A program made the translations under genes and the position numbers. Under the pieces are notes generated by a model that was not told the origin of the DNA, ran no database searches, and saw nothing but the letters and a program-made list of their open reading frames with translations. Below are positions 17,590 through 26,616 of a stretch of 64,000 nucleotides of DNA, in pieces. The DNA is from Candidatus Latescibacterota bacterium (lineage in GTDB: Bacteria > Latescibacterota > UBA2968). Location: NCBI GenBank assembly GCA_965116885.1, contig OZ220741.1:2272001-2336000 (forward strand), in the 5' to 3' direction. How positions within the stretch are numbered: the first letter of the stretch is position 1; the number at the start of each line of letters is the position of its first letter.

Positions 17590-19785
17590 TTGCAAAAACC
17601 AATGAGCTTTGTGCAGCAGCGGGGTATTTATTGCGTCCTCGCTTGTTTTTTGTTCGCTTCTTCATTGTGTGCAGAAGATATACGGCTTACGGTGATTCAC
17701 AGTAACGATGTGTCCGGGCAATTGACGCGGCAAGGAGATCGCGGGGGGATGGCTGCGCGCGTGGGGTTGATTCGCAAATTGCAGGCTTCTGAACCGGCGA
17801 TTGTTCTGGATGCGGGGGATGCTCTGGGTCCCAATGCGATGTCGCGGTTTGACGGGGGCACGACGATGTGCGCGGCGATGAATCGCGCGAATTATGCGGC
17901 TATGGCGGTGGGGAATCACGATCTGTCTTTGGGGTGGGATGTTTTGGAAGCGCGGCAAAAGGAAATTGATTTTCCGATGCTGGCGGCGAATCTCGTGCGA
18001 AGAGATGGTGGGAAGCCTCCTTTGCGGGGTTATATCCTGGTAAAGGTCGGCGATGTTCAGGTAGGGATCATTGGTGTGTTGGGGCCAGAGGTCGCAGATA
18101 AAATTGACCCGGGTCATCTGTCGGGTCTGAGGGTTGGCGATCCCGCTAAAGTTGTGGATTCATTGGCTGTTGTGTTGCGCGGTAAAAAGGCGCAGTGCGT
18201 TATTGTTTTGGCGCATATGGATGAAACGAGTGCTTTGAATTTTGCCCGCGGGGTTGAGGGCGTTGATCTGGTTGTCGCTGGCGGATTTAGCGATCTGGAC
18301 CGCGGTTTACAGGTGCCGGGTCTGATCCGTCTGGTGAATGGTCTGACGCTGGTCGTCACGCCGAGTAATGGGATGTCTGTTGGCCGCGTTGTGCTCCATT
18401 TTTCGCAAGATTCAGAGGGCAATATGAAGGTGGTGGATGTTGTGGCGGAGCAGATACCAGTGGATCGGTCTGTGGCGCGTGACCCGGAGGTAGAGCAATT
18501 GGTCAACGATCTCAGGCAAAGATACGAACAGGTCGCGAATCAGAGGATAGGGCGGATTGTGGGAAAGACATATCGAGATCAAGGGCGTGTTGTTGCAGGG
18601 GTGATGCGCCGATATTTGGATGGCGAGGTGGGCATTATCAATCGGGGGGGATTGGGGCTTGTGCCTTCAAATCGCGTGCTCAAAGTGGGGCATATCGATC
18701 GTTTGATTCCTTTTGATGATCGTCTGGTGAAGATGAGACTGACGGGTGCGCAACTTTTGAGTATTGCCCGACGCAGCCAAAATGCGCTGGGGGAAGATGC
18801 GCAGTTGATTTTTTCCGGTTTGGGAAAAAATACAATTAATGGGCGTCCCATTCAAAAGAACGAATTGTATCGCGTTGTAGTTGTCGAGTTTTTGGCGAAT
18901 GGCGGCGATGGATATGGCGAGTTTCGCAAGGGAACAGATGTTGTGTTTACGGGTATGCCGCTCCGACAAATGGTCGTTTATGCACTGCGAGATACGCAGA
19001 CTGTGCTGGTGCCTGGCGAGTTTGCCACTCTGAGATCAAATGGAATTTGGCACGTGAATTGGACTGTCAAGGGCGCGTTTAATCGCAATTATATCGATGG
19101 TACAACACTTGCGTATCGCGCGCAGAGAGAACGGGTATCATTTCTCAGCGGTAAGACCAGTCTGGCATGGAATACGACGATGAATTTGACAGTTGTAAGA
19201 GATATGGGAAAACAATTGCTTACGCTTGACCAGAGTCTGGTGATTGGGCAAGTTGGAACGGCGTTTGACAATTTAACGCGGTCAGAAGATCAATTGGAAA
19301 CGGATTTGATATATCGCTATCGCACGCAATCTGTGGCTGATCCTTTTGTTTTGGCGGGATATAGCACCGCATTGCGCGAAGTCGAGGGACACCGGCCCAG
19401 GCTTCTGCGCGGTAGTGCTGGTTTCCAACGGCGTTTTGGGAGGACCCTTACCGTCAGGTTGGGTGCCCGCGCACAGCGCGATCTGGCGGTTGACGCAAAT
19501 GACATAGGGGCTGAAGTGTATTTGGACTATCGGCGATCATTGGGCAGCGGCAAATTGCGGTCGCGGTTGCGCAGTTTTACGGGGTTTACAGATCGGCAGG
19601 TGGTGTCTTTAGAGAATTATAATTCGCTCGCTTTTCCATTGGTTGGCGAGTTGAGTTTGTCTGTGCAGCAGAGCAATTTTTTGTATCGCGTGAATAAAAT
19701 TCGCAATACGCCTGTTGATGGCATTGCCAATCGGTGGAATCTGACGCTCGGTCTGGTGTATGATTTGGGGTGGAAGTGGTATTGA
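17590..19785 (+). CDS. 5'-nucleotidase-like protein (metallophosphatase and 5_nucleotid_C domains) fused to a predicted C-terminal outer-membrane beta-barrel; active site degenerate
   Basis: Signal peptide; HSND, DAGD, GNHD, LAH, FLANGGDGY; last ~240 aa are amphipathic beta-strands ending LGWKWY. Confidence 0.75.
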   Translation: MQKPMSFVQQRGIYCVLACFLFASSLCAEDIRLTVIHSNDVSGQLTRQGDRGGMAARVGLIRKLQASEPAIVLDAGDALGPNAMSRFDGGTTMCAAMNRANYAAMAVGNHDLSLGWDVLEARQKEIDFPMLAANLVRRDGGKPPLRGYILVKVGDVQVGIIGVLGPEVADKIDPGHLSGLRVGDPAKVVDSLAVVLRGKKAQCVIVLAHMDETSALNFARGVEGVDLVVAGGFSDLDRGLQVPGLIRLVNGLTLVVTPSNGMSVGRVVLHFSQDSEGNMKVVDVVAEQIPVDRSVARDPEVEQLVNDLRQRYEQVANQRIGRIVGKTYRDQGRVVAGVMRRYLDGEVGIINRGGLGLVPSNRVLKVGHIDRLIPFDDRLVKMRLTGAQLLSIARRSQNALGEDAQLIFSGLGKNTINGRPIQKNELYRVVVVEFLANGGDGYGEFRKGTDVVFTGMPLRQMVVYALRDTQTVLVPGEFATLRSNGIWHVNWTVKGAFNRNYIDGTTLAYRAQRERVSFLSGKTSLAWNTTMNLTVVRDMGKQLLTLDQSLVIGQVGTAFDNLTRSEDQLETDLIYRYRTQSVADPFVLAGYSTALREVEGHRPRLLRGSAGFQRRFGRTLTVRLGARAQRDLAVDANDIGAEVYLDYRRSLGSGKLRSRLRSFTGFTDRQVVSLENYNSLAFPLVGELSLSVQQSNFLYRVNKIRNTPVDGIANRWNLTLGLVYDLGWKWY

Positions 19786-19798
19786 GATCACAGAATAG

Positions 19799-21082
19799 AT
19801 GGGAAGAATAATGTCAGTAATGGAAGAAGATAGACGACCTGTTGCCGGTGCATTGATGGTTGGATTTGCTGCGGGTTTTTTGTTGTGTGGCTATGAGTTT
19901 GTGCGGAGTGTATCCACGTCGTTGTTCATCGGCGCGTATGGGGCGCACAATTTGCCTTTTGTTATGATGCTGGCGCCTCTGGGTACGTTTGGTATGGTTT
20001 GGGGGTATGGGGCGTTGTTGTCGCGGTTTGGGTCGCGGCAGACTTTGTTTTTGACGTCGGTGCTTTCGGGGGGAGGTATTCTGGCGTGTTATGGGGGGAT
20101 TGTGTCTGGTTTTCATCCGGCAGTCGGGGTGTTATATGTGCTGCGCGAAGCGTATATTGTGCTGATTATTGAACAGTACTGGTCGTTTATCAATAGCGTC
20201 TTGCGCGATGATCAGGGGCGAAAGTACAATGGTCCGATCTGTGGGATTGCGTCGGTGGGTGCGATTTGTGGGGGTTTGATTGTAGGGCAAACGGCGAAGG
20301 TGATAGGCAGTGAACATCTGCTGATTTTTGCAGGGTTATCCCTGTTGCCAGCAGCCGTTCTGGCGTGGTGGGCTTATGGTCTTGGAGGGGTGCCAGTTCA
20401 GGAGCCGGAAAAGCGAGGTAAGCTGGCGTTGGGTTTGTTTCGGGAAATTCCGACTTTGCGCTATCTCGCGGGATTGATTTTTGTGACGCAGATGGTGTCG
20501 GCGGTGTTGGATTTGCGGTTCAGTGGGCTGGTGGAGACGGCTTTGCCGATGCAGGACGAGCGCACCGCTTATTTGGGGCATTTTTATGCGTTGTTGAATG
20601 CATGTGCATTTGTGTTTCAGTTTGGCGTCGCGCCCCTGTTGCTGCGCTTTGTGTCGTTGCGAACTGCTCATCTCGGTATTCCGGTGGTTCATTTGATAAC
20701 GTGTGGGGTGTTGTTGGCATATCCGACTCTGACCACTGGTGCATTGGCCTATCTGGTGTTTAAGACACTGGATTATTCGGTGTTTCGAGCTGCAAAAGAG
20801 TTGCTCTATATTCCGCTTTCGTTTGATGCGAGGTACCGGGCCAAAGAAGTGATCGATGCGTTTGGCTATCGCGCGTCAAAGGGAATGACTTCGGGATTGA
20901 TTGCACTGGCGGGGACCATTTCTTACAGGGTTTTCAATATTGGGCGATTGCCGGGGTCAGTATATCCGCTTGTCGCATTGGGCGCGTTGGGTGTATGGAG
21001 TTGGCTCGCGTGGGCAATTACAAGATCGGGGGATGATAGGGGTCGGCGACCATTGGTCTCAGAGGAAGTTGCCGATTTGTAG
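19799..21082 (+). CDS. NTT/TLC (Npt1/Npt2, ATP/ADP translocase-like) MFS nucleotide transporter
   Basis: About 12 TM segments; QYWSFINS and KTLDYS..AKELLYIPL..RAKEVIDAFGYRASK motifs of the TLC family. Confidence 0.85.
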   Translation: MGRIMSVMEEDRRPVAGALMVGFAAGFLLCGYEFVRSVSTSLFIGAYGAHNLPFVMMLAPLGTFGMVWGYGALLSRFGSRQTLFLTSVLSGGGILACYGGIVSGFHPAVGVLYVLREAYIVLIIEQYWSFINSVLRDDQGRKYNGPICGIASVGAICGGLIVGQTAKVIGSEHLLIFAGLSLLPAAVLAWWAYGLGGVPVQEPEKRGKLALGLFREIPTLRYLAGLIFVTQMVSAVLDLRFSGLVETALPMQDERTAYLGHFYALLNACAFVFQFGVAPLLLRFVSLRTAHLGIPVVHLITCGVLLAYPTLTTGALAYLVFKTLDYSVFRAAKELLYIPLSFDARYRAKEVIDAFGYRASKGMTSGLIALAGTISYRVFNIGRLPGSVYPLVALGALGVWSWLAWAITRSGDDRGRRPLVSEEVADL

Positions 21083-21090
21083 ATGAATGC

Positions 21091-21119
21091 TTGACACAAA
21101 ATGTCAAAACCTCTATTTT
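21091..21119 (+). promoter_or_regulatory. Sigma70 promoter of the ileS leader
   Basis: TTGACA-N17-TATTTT. Confidence 0.65.
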
Positions 21120-21149
21120 TAACCGCGCTGATAGGAAAAGGATAAAAAT

Positions 21150-21287
21150 ATGACTACAACCCATCAAACATCTCCACAACTGAAAAAGGGTCCTGCCCAG
21201 GTGACAGGTTATCTGACACCGGGCAGTGCCATTGGGGTTATACGTATATATGCCGCGGAGGCGCTTGTGGGGTGTTGTTTGTCTTAA
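21150..21287 (+). CDS. Putative ileS leader peptide (45 aa, not in the ORF track)
   Basis: SD-like AAGGA upstream; MTTTHQTSPQLKKGPAQVTGYLTPGSAIGVIRIYAAEALVGCCLS*; all three Ile codons (ATT, ATA, ATA) fall in 21231-21248. Confidence 0.6.
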   Translation: MTTTHQTSPQLKKGPAQVTGYLTPGSAIGVIRIYAAEALVGCCLS

Positions 21288-21310
21288 GCTATATACTTTT
21301 TGTATGACAC

Positions 21311-21343
21311 ACCGCCAGGGCGTTTGCCGTGGCGGTTTTTTTT
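21311..21343 (+). terminator. Attenuator terminator in the ileS leader
   Basis: ACCGCCA-G-GGC-GTTT-GCC-G-TGGCGGT plus T7, 100 bp before the ileS start. Confidence 0.8.
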
Positions 21344-21392
21344 GCAGTAATTTGGGGCGGCATTTAACCTGATGGGTGGTGGGGTTGGGGGT

Positions 21393-21433
21393 ATCCTGTT
21401 CATCCTTCCATCCTGCCCATCCTGATTCTGACA
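21393..21433. repeat. Short tandem array of ATCCT units ending GATTCTGACA
   Basis: ATCCT at 21393, 21402, 21410 and 21419. Confidence 0.65.
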
Positions 21434-21443
21434 GGAGTTTTTA

Positions 21444-24400
21444 ATGTTTGAGAAAGTAGATACAAATGTGAATTTTCCCAAAGAGGAAGAGAAGGTGCTC
21501 GCTTTTTGGGATGAGATCAGAGCATTTGAAAAGTCGCTCGAGATCAGAAAAAATAACGATGAATACGTTTTTTACGATGGGCCGCCTTTTGCGACGGGTT
21601 TGCCGCATTACGGACACTTGCTGGCCGGGACGATTAAAGATGTGATCCCGCGCTATCAGACTATGAATGGCAAATACGTAGATCGCGTCTTTGGATGGGA
21701 TTGTCACGGTTTGCCCGTAGAATACGAACTCAGCCAGGAATTGGGCTTGAATAGCAAGCACGAGATTGAAGAGTACGGGATTGCGGAATACAATGAGGCT
21801 TGCCGGAGTATTGTTTTGCGCTATACTGCCGAGTGGCGACAATTTGTCAAGCGCATTGGGCGCTGGGTCGATTTTGAGAATGGGTACCGCACGATGGACC
21901 GCGATTACATGGAGTCTATCTGGTGGGTGTTCAAACAGCTTTGGGATAAGGGCTTGATCTACGAGGGACACAAAATTTTGCCTTATTGTCCCCGGGATGC
22001 GACACCTTTGTCCAATTTTGAAGCCAATCAGGGTTATGAGATGGTGCAGGATCCGGCTATTACTGTTGCGTTTAAGCTCAAAGATGAACCGGATACATAT
22101 CTGCTGGCGTGGACGACAACGCCCTGGACATTGCCGTCGAATCTGGCAATGACTGTGCATGAAGATATAGATTATGTGTATGTCAAAGATGAGGATGTGA
22201 CTTACGTTCTCGCTGAGGCGCGTGTGGATACCTATTATCCCTCGGGCAGACCCGAGATTGTCAGGACCGTAAAGGGGAAGGAACTTCTGGGTCTGCAATA
22301 CGAACCGCTTTTTCCCTATTTTGAAGATTTGCGCGCGGAGGGGGCGTTCCGCATTATCACAGCCGAGTTTGTTACTACTGAAGAAGGGACGGGTATTGTC
22401 CACACGGCACCCGGATTTGGCGAGGACGATGCCGAAGCCGGTCGCGTTCACGGCGTTCCGGCTGTATGTCCGATTGATGCCGAATGCCGTTTTACGTCTG
22501 AGGTGAATGACTACGAAGGGCGTTTTGTCAAGGACTGTGATAGCGATATTGTGAATCGCTTAAAGGAGGAGGGCAAGCTCGTTCATCGCTCTACACATCA
22601 CCACAGTTATCCCCATTGCTGGCGTTGTGAGGCTCCCCTTATTTACAGGGCGATTTCGACGTGGTTTGTCAATATTGAGAAGATTAAAGAGAAGATGCTC
22701 CGTGCAAACGCGCAGATCCATTGGGTGCCCGAACATATCAAAGCGGGGCGTTTTGGCAATTGGCTGGAAAATGCGCGGGATTGGGCGATTTCCCGCAATC
22801 GCTATTGGGGTTGCCCGCTTCCCCTGTGGCGAAATGAGGAGACGGGTGAGACTGTGTGTGTTGGTTCTATCGGCGAGCTGGAGGAACGCACGGGGGGAAA
22901 GTTTGACGATATTCACAAGCATTTTATGGATCCCGTAATTATTGAGGGAGAAACCGGATCTCTTACCCGCGTGCCCGAAGTGCTCGATTGCTGGTTTGAG
23001 AGCGGTTCTATGCCTTATGCACAACGCCATTATCCGTTTGAAAATAAAGATTGGCTGGACGCACATTTTCCGGCGGATTTTATCGCCGAGGGATTGGATC
23101 AGACGCGGGGCTGGTTTTACACGCTTGTGGTGCTCGGTGCTGCCCTTTTTGACCGTCCGCCGTTCGAGAATGTGGTCGTTAATGGTATGATTCTCGCCGA
23201 AGATGGGCGCAAGATGTCCAAGCGGTTGAAGAATTACCCCGATCCGATGCATATCATGGATACTTATGGTGCCGATGCCTTGCGTCTCAATATGTTGTCT
23301 TCTCCTGTGGTGCGCGGGGAAGATCTCGCGTTTTCGGAACAGGGGGTTCAAAAGACGATGCGCAGCGTCTTGTTGCCTTTGTGGAATGCGTACAGTTTTC
23401 TCGTTACTTATGCGCGTGTTGATAACTGGCAGCCTACATCGGAACGGTCAGATCATCCGCTCGATCGCTGGATCCGCGCGCGCTTGAATCATCTGGTGCG
23501 CGATATTCGCCAGGGTCTGGATCGCTGTCATTTGCAAACAGCGGCCACGCGTTTTGCGACATTTATCGATGATATGACCAACTGGTATATCCGGCGCAGC
23601 CGACGGCGATTCTGGAAGAGCGATAATGATAGCGATAAATTGTCTGCTTATGCGACGCTTTATCATGTGCTTTTGACGCTGGTCAAAGCACTGGCGCCTT
23701 TCGCGCCGTTTATCACGGAAACGATCTACCGGAATTTGCGTGCGAGCGATATGCCGGAGTCCGTTCATTTGTGCGATTATCCCGATGTAATTGAGGCCGA
23801 TCTGGATGAGAGATTGGAACAGCAGATGGCGCGTACGCGAACAGCGGTGGGGTTGGGCAGGTTTTTGCGGAGTCAGGCCAATGCCAGGACCCGGCATCCG
23901 TTGCGTACGGCGATTCTGGTGTCTATGCAGGAGGATGTGCGTGCAGATCTCAGGGCATTACAGGATATTATCGCGGATGAGTTAAATGTGAAAGAGGTGG
24001 ATATTCGCGACGATGAAGAGGCAGTGGTGACGCTTTCTGCAAAAGCCAATTTCAGAGCGTTGGGTCCGCGTTTGGGGAAAAATATGAAGGTGGCAGCGGG
24101 GAAGATTGCGGGTCTGAGTTTTGAGGAAATTCAATCTTTGCGCGAAGGCCATGCGATTATATTAGAATTAGATGGTGCGGATCCCCTGGAACTCACAGTT
24201 GATGATATTTTGATTCAGCGCGAAGAGAAAGAAGATATGCCTGTGGCAAATGAAGGCGATATTACGGTGGCGCTGGATTTATATCGGGATGAAGATTTGG
24301 TGCGCGAAGGTCTGGCGCGTGAGATTGTTCATGTTATTCAAAATATCCGCAGGGAGAAGGAGCTGGATGTTTCAGATCGGATCACAGTGACTTATGGCGT

Positions 24401-24554
24401 GCCTGATGAAGTGGCACCTGCTTTCGAGCAGTTTCGGGATTATATCATGGGTGAGACGCTCTGTACGACATTGGTTCGCGCAGATGCGGTGGCTGGCGAT
24501 GCGGTTGATATAGAAGGTCACACAGTGATGTTAAAGATTAAAGTTGAGCGATAA
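21444..24554 (+). CDS. ileS: Isoleucine--tRNA ligase, type 2 (eukaryote/archaea-like)
   Basis: FYDGPPFATGLPHYGH, GWDCHGLP, WTTTPWTLPSN, GTGIVH, SRNRYWG, EGLDQTRGWF, KMSKR; 1036 aa with type 2 C-terminus and no C-terminal Zn finger. Confidence 0.97.
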   Translation: MFEKVDTNVNFPKEEEKVLAFWDEIRAFEKSLEIRKNNDEYVFYDGPPFATGLPHYGHLLAGTIKDVIPRYQTMNGKYVDRVFGWDCHGLPVEYELSQELGLNSKHEIEEYGIAEYNEACRSIVLRYTAEWRQFVKRIGRWVDFENGYRTMDRDYMESIWWVFKQLWDKGLIYEGHKILPYCPRDATPLSNFEANQGYEMVQDPAITVAFKLKDEPDTYLLAWTTTPWTLPSNLAMTVHEDIDYVYVKDEDVTYVLAEARVDTYYPSGRPEIVRTVKGKELLGLQYEPLFPYFEDLRAEGAFRIITAEFVTTEEGTGIVHTAPGFGEDDAEAGRVHGVPAVCPIDAECRFTSEVNDYEGRFVKDCDSDIVNRLKEEGKLVHRSTHHHSYPHCWRCEAPLIYRAISTWFVNIEKIKEKMLRANAQIHWVPEHIKAGRFGNWLENARDWAISRNRYWGCPLPLWRNEETGETVCVGSIGELEERTGGKFDDIHKHFMDPVIIEGETGSLTRVPEVLDCWFESGSMPYAQRHYPFENKDWLDAHFPADFIAEGLDQTRGWFYTLVVLGAALFDRPPFENVVVNGMILAEDGRKMSKRLKNYPDPMHIMDTYGADALRLNMLSSPVVRGEDLAFSEQGVQKTMRSVLLPLWNAYSFLVTYARVDNWQPTSERSDHPLDRWIRARLNHLVRDIRQGLDRCHLQTAATRFATFIDDMTNWYIRRSRRRFWKSDNDSDKLSAYATLYHVLLTLVKALAPFAPFITETIYRNLRASDMPESVHLCDYPDVIEADLDERLEQQMARTRTAVGLGRFLRSQANARTRHPLRTAILVSMQEDVRADLRALQDIIADELNVKEVDIRDDEEAVVTLSAKANFRALGPRLGKNMKVAAGKIAGLSFEEIQSLREGHAIILELDGADPLELTVDDILIQREEKEDMPVANEGDITVALDLYRDEDLVREGLAREIVHVIQNIRREKELDVSDRITVTYGVPDEVAPAFEQFRDYIMGETLCTTLVRADAVAGDAVDIEGHTVMLKIKVER

Positions 24555-24600
24555 AAAAAGAGCGTCGGGAGAGGGGTAGTTTATACCCATTCCCGACGCT
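24553..24600 (-). terminator. Intrinsic terminator between convergent genes
   Basis: A-run, then AGCGTCGGGA...TCCCGACGCT stem. Confidence 0.8.
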
Positions 24601-24621
24601 TGATTAAAGATTTGAAGTGCT

Positions 24622-24864
24622 TCATTTTTTGTTTTTGTACAATCCCAAAATCCCCACTGCGATCAATACGCCCGCTGTTGGTCCCGCTATGTCCAATCCC
24701 AACCAGAACCCTTCTTTCCACTCGACGCTCTCAGTGCCAAACATTTCATCTACGACCACTACTTGCTGCTTGTTTTTCGTGAAGATCTGAGTTCCGTCTA
24801 TGATCCACTTTGCACCTATACCTATCGCGAGTATAAATGTGATTACGCTGATAATTTTCCACAT
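24622..24864 (-). CDS. Small membrane protein
   Basis: 80 aa with hydrophobic helices at both ends; SD GGAG. Confidence 0.7.
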   Translation of the reverse strand: MWKIISVITFILAIGIGAKWIIDGTQIFTKNKQQVVVVDEMFGTESVEWKEGFWLGLDIAGPTAGVLIAVGILGLYKNKK

Positions 24865-24883
24865 GGGCTACTCCATACAGGTG

Positions 24884-26026
24884 TTAATAAAACACATGCA
24901 GTTGTAATGCATAGCGCGATGAGCGGAAGGTCTCTGTGTCGAGGATGCGATATTCGGGGCGCAGTTCAATTTGCGGCGTTAGAAAAACTTGTATGCCAAA
25001 TACAGCCTGCCGGGTCATCAAATCAACAGCGCGCGCTGATGCGCGGATATGCGTTACTTCGCCGGTTTCTCCCCGTGCGAACAAGAGCAGTCCGGGTATT
25101 GCTTGAAGCGTGATATCAACCGAGGCGGTTTTTGCTTCTCGCACACCTTCCTTATCGGATAGGACATATTCGGCCATGAGGGCGATCCTGTCCTGCAATC
25201 CGACGCCCGCAAAGAGATTTGTCATCAAAAAATCGCCGTTTTTGAGCCACGATCCTCCCAGGTAGAAATTCATTTTTTGTTCGACTAATTTGGGCCACAA
25301 GACTATACGCCCCAGGAATGAGGGTTTGTCGCGGTTTTCGATCAAGGAGGCGTTTTGTACGGTGTTTTCGGAGAGTGCGCGGGCATTATAAATACCTGCG
25401 GTTAGCGATAGCCACAATTTTTTATAATAGTGTACTTCTGCGCCGTATTCTGCGTAATTGGGCGCGACCAGTGATGTGGCTCCGGCAACGTCGGGTGTTT
25501 GGCGCACGAGCATGGTGTGGTCGTCATACCGCATGCCAATGGTTGGCTGAAAATGTCCCACGCGCAATGCGGGCCAGTTGTAATTGGGTTGATAAATCGC
25601 CGATGCTGTCCACGCGCGCTGTCCCGCGTATTTTTCGGGACCAAAATTATAAGAGCCTTCGATCTTCAGGGCATTTGAGGGGCGGACAACACTGTATAGC
25701 GCGACTTGCATCGGGAATATTTTGCGCTCGGCTTCTGGCGATGTATGAGATCGCGCCATTTGTCCGCGGATATCTGCACCCATGAGTACCAGGCCATCGG
25801 CATAAGCGGTTTTGCCCGGTAAGACGTAATTGGGCGCGAGCAATCCCACGCCGTCCATTGAATACTGCCCCAATTCGTCCCGCTGCGCCCCGCCCTGCGC
25901 GGTGATGTGACAGTTCACACACCGATTGGCAGTCAGCAATGCAAACTGCGAGAGGGCATCCGCCTGTCCCGTAGCGCACAGCAGGATTAACAATCCCAAC
26001 AACCGAAAACGCTTTGTATTGGTCAC
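24884..26026 (-). CDS. Predicted outer-membrane beta-barrel with an N-terminal CxxCH heme-binding motif
   Basis: Signal peptide, CVNCH, amphipathic strands, C-terminal LQLHVFY. Confidence 0.7.
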   Translation of the reverse strand: MTNTKRFRLLGLLILLCATGQADALSQFALLTANRCVNCHITAQGGAQRDELGQYSMDGVGLLAPNYVLPGKTAYADGLVLMGADIRGQMARSHTSPEAERKIFPMQVALYSVVRPSNALKIEGSYNFGPEKYAGQRAWTASAIYQPNYNWPALRVGHFQPTIGMRYDDHTMLVRQTPDVAGATSLVAPNYAEYGAEVHYYKKLWLSLTAGIYNARALSENTVQNASLIENRDKPSFLGRIVLWPKLVEQKMNFYLGGSWLKNGDFLMTNLFAGVGLQDRIALMAEYVLSDKEGVREAKTASVDITLQAIPGLLLFARGETGEVTHIRASARAVDLMTRQAVFGIQVFLTPQIELRPEYRILDTETFRSSRYALQLHVFY

Positions 26027-26050
26027 GCTTCAATCCTCGGATTTTGAAGT

Positions 26051-26608
26051 CTAAAAAGTCTGCCCGTCTCCGGGCGGATTGCCGCCGAAGGTGACTGGCA
26101 GGCCGGTCAGGTCGCGCAGGAAGATCTGCAGGCGGATGATGTGTACATTGCCTGCTCCCATGCGCATATTCAGGCCATCAAGAACGTCTTGCGTTATAAA
26201 ATCGAGATTTTGCTGAAGAAAAGTGGCCCCGTCGAGGTAATCTGCGAAGGCGGCTTCAAATTCCTCGGTGTGCAATCTGAGCAGGTACGGATTTTCAGGA
26301 CGCATGCCGTGTAAGGTAGATTGAATGGCGTGAATCCGCGCGATCATGGTGTTTATAAATTCCCGCGACCAATAGGTAGGGATCAAGTTATTCGTAACCT
26401 CGGCGGTTACGCCGCTGTATTCTATAAAAAAGACATCAATAGATGTAAACGCCTGTTGGATATCGGCGACATAGGCGTCGGCCTCATCCACGGTGACGTG
26501 GTCATATGCCTGTTCAGCAGATGGTTCGGGCGCGGGTGTCACGGGGTTGGACGAACCACATCCCGTGTACAACGCCAGCAGTGCAAAACACAAAAGCCAT
26601 CGTTTCAT
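26051..26608 (-). CDS. Hypothetical lipoprotein
   Basis: MKRWLLCFALLALYTG-C lipobox; start reassigned to 26608. Confidence 0.7.
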   Translation of the reverse strand: MKRWLLCFALLALYTGCGSSNPVTPAPEPSAEQAYDHVTVDEADAYVADIQQAFTSIDVFFIEYSGVTAEVTNNLIPTYWSREFINTMIARIHAIQSTLHGMRPENPYLLRLHTEEFEAAFADYLDGATFLQQNLDFITQDVLDGLNMRMGAGNVHIIRLQIFLRDLTGLPVTFGGNPPGDGQTF

Positions 26609-26616
26609 AAAATGCC

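Noticed and set aside
21120..21443. T-box riboswitch upstream of ileS
   Set aside because: No T-box bulge consensus (GGTGGNACC) before the terminator and no recognisable Stem I; a leader ORF explains the layout better.
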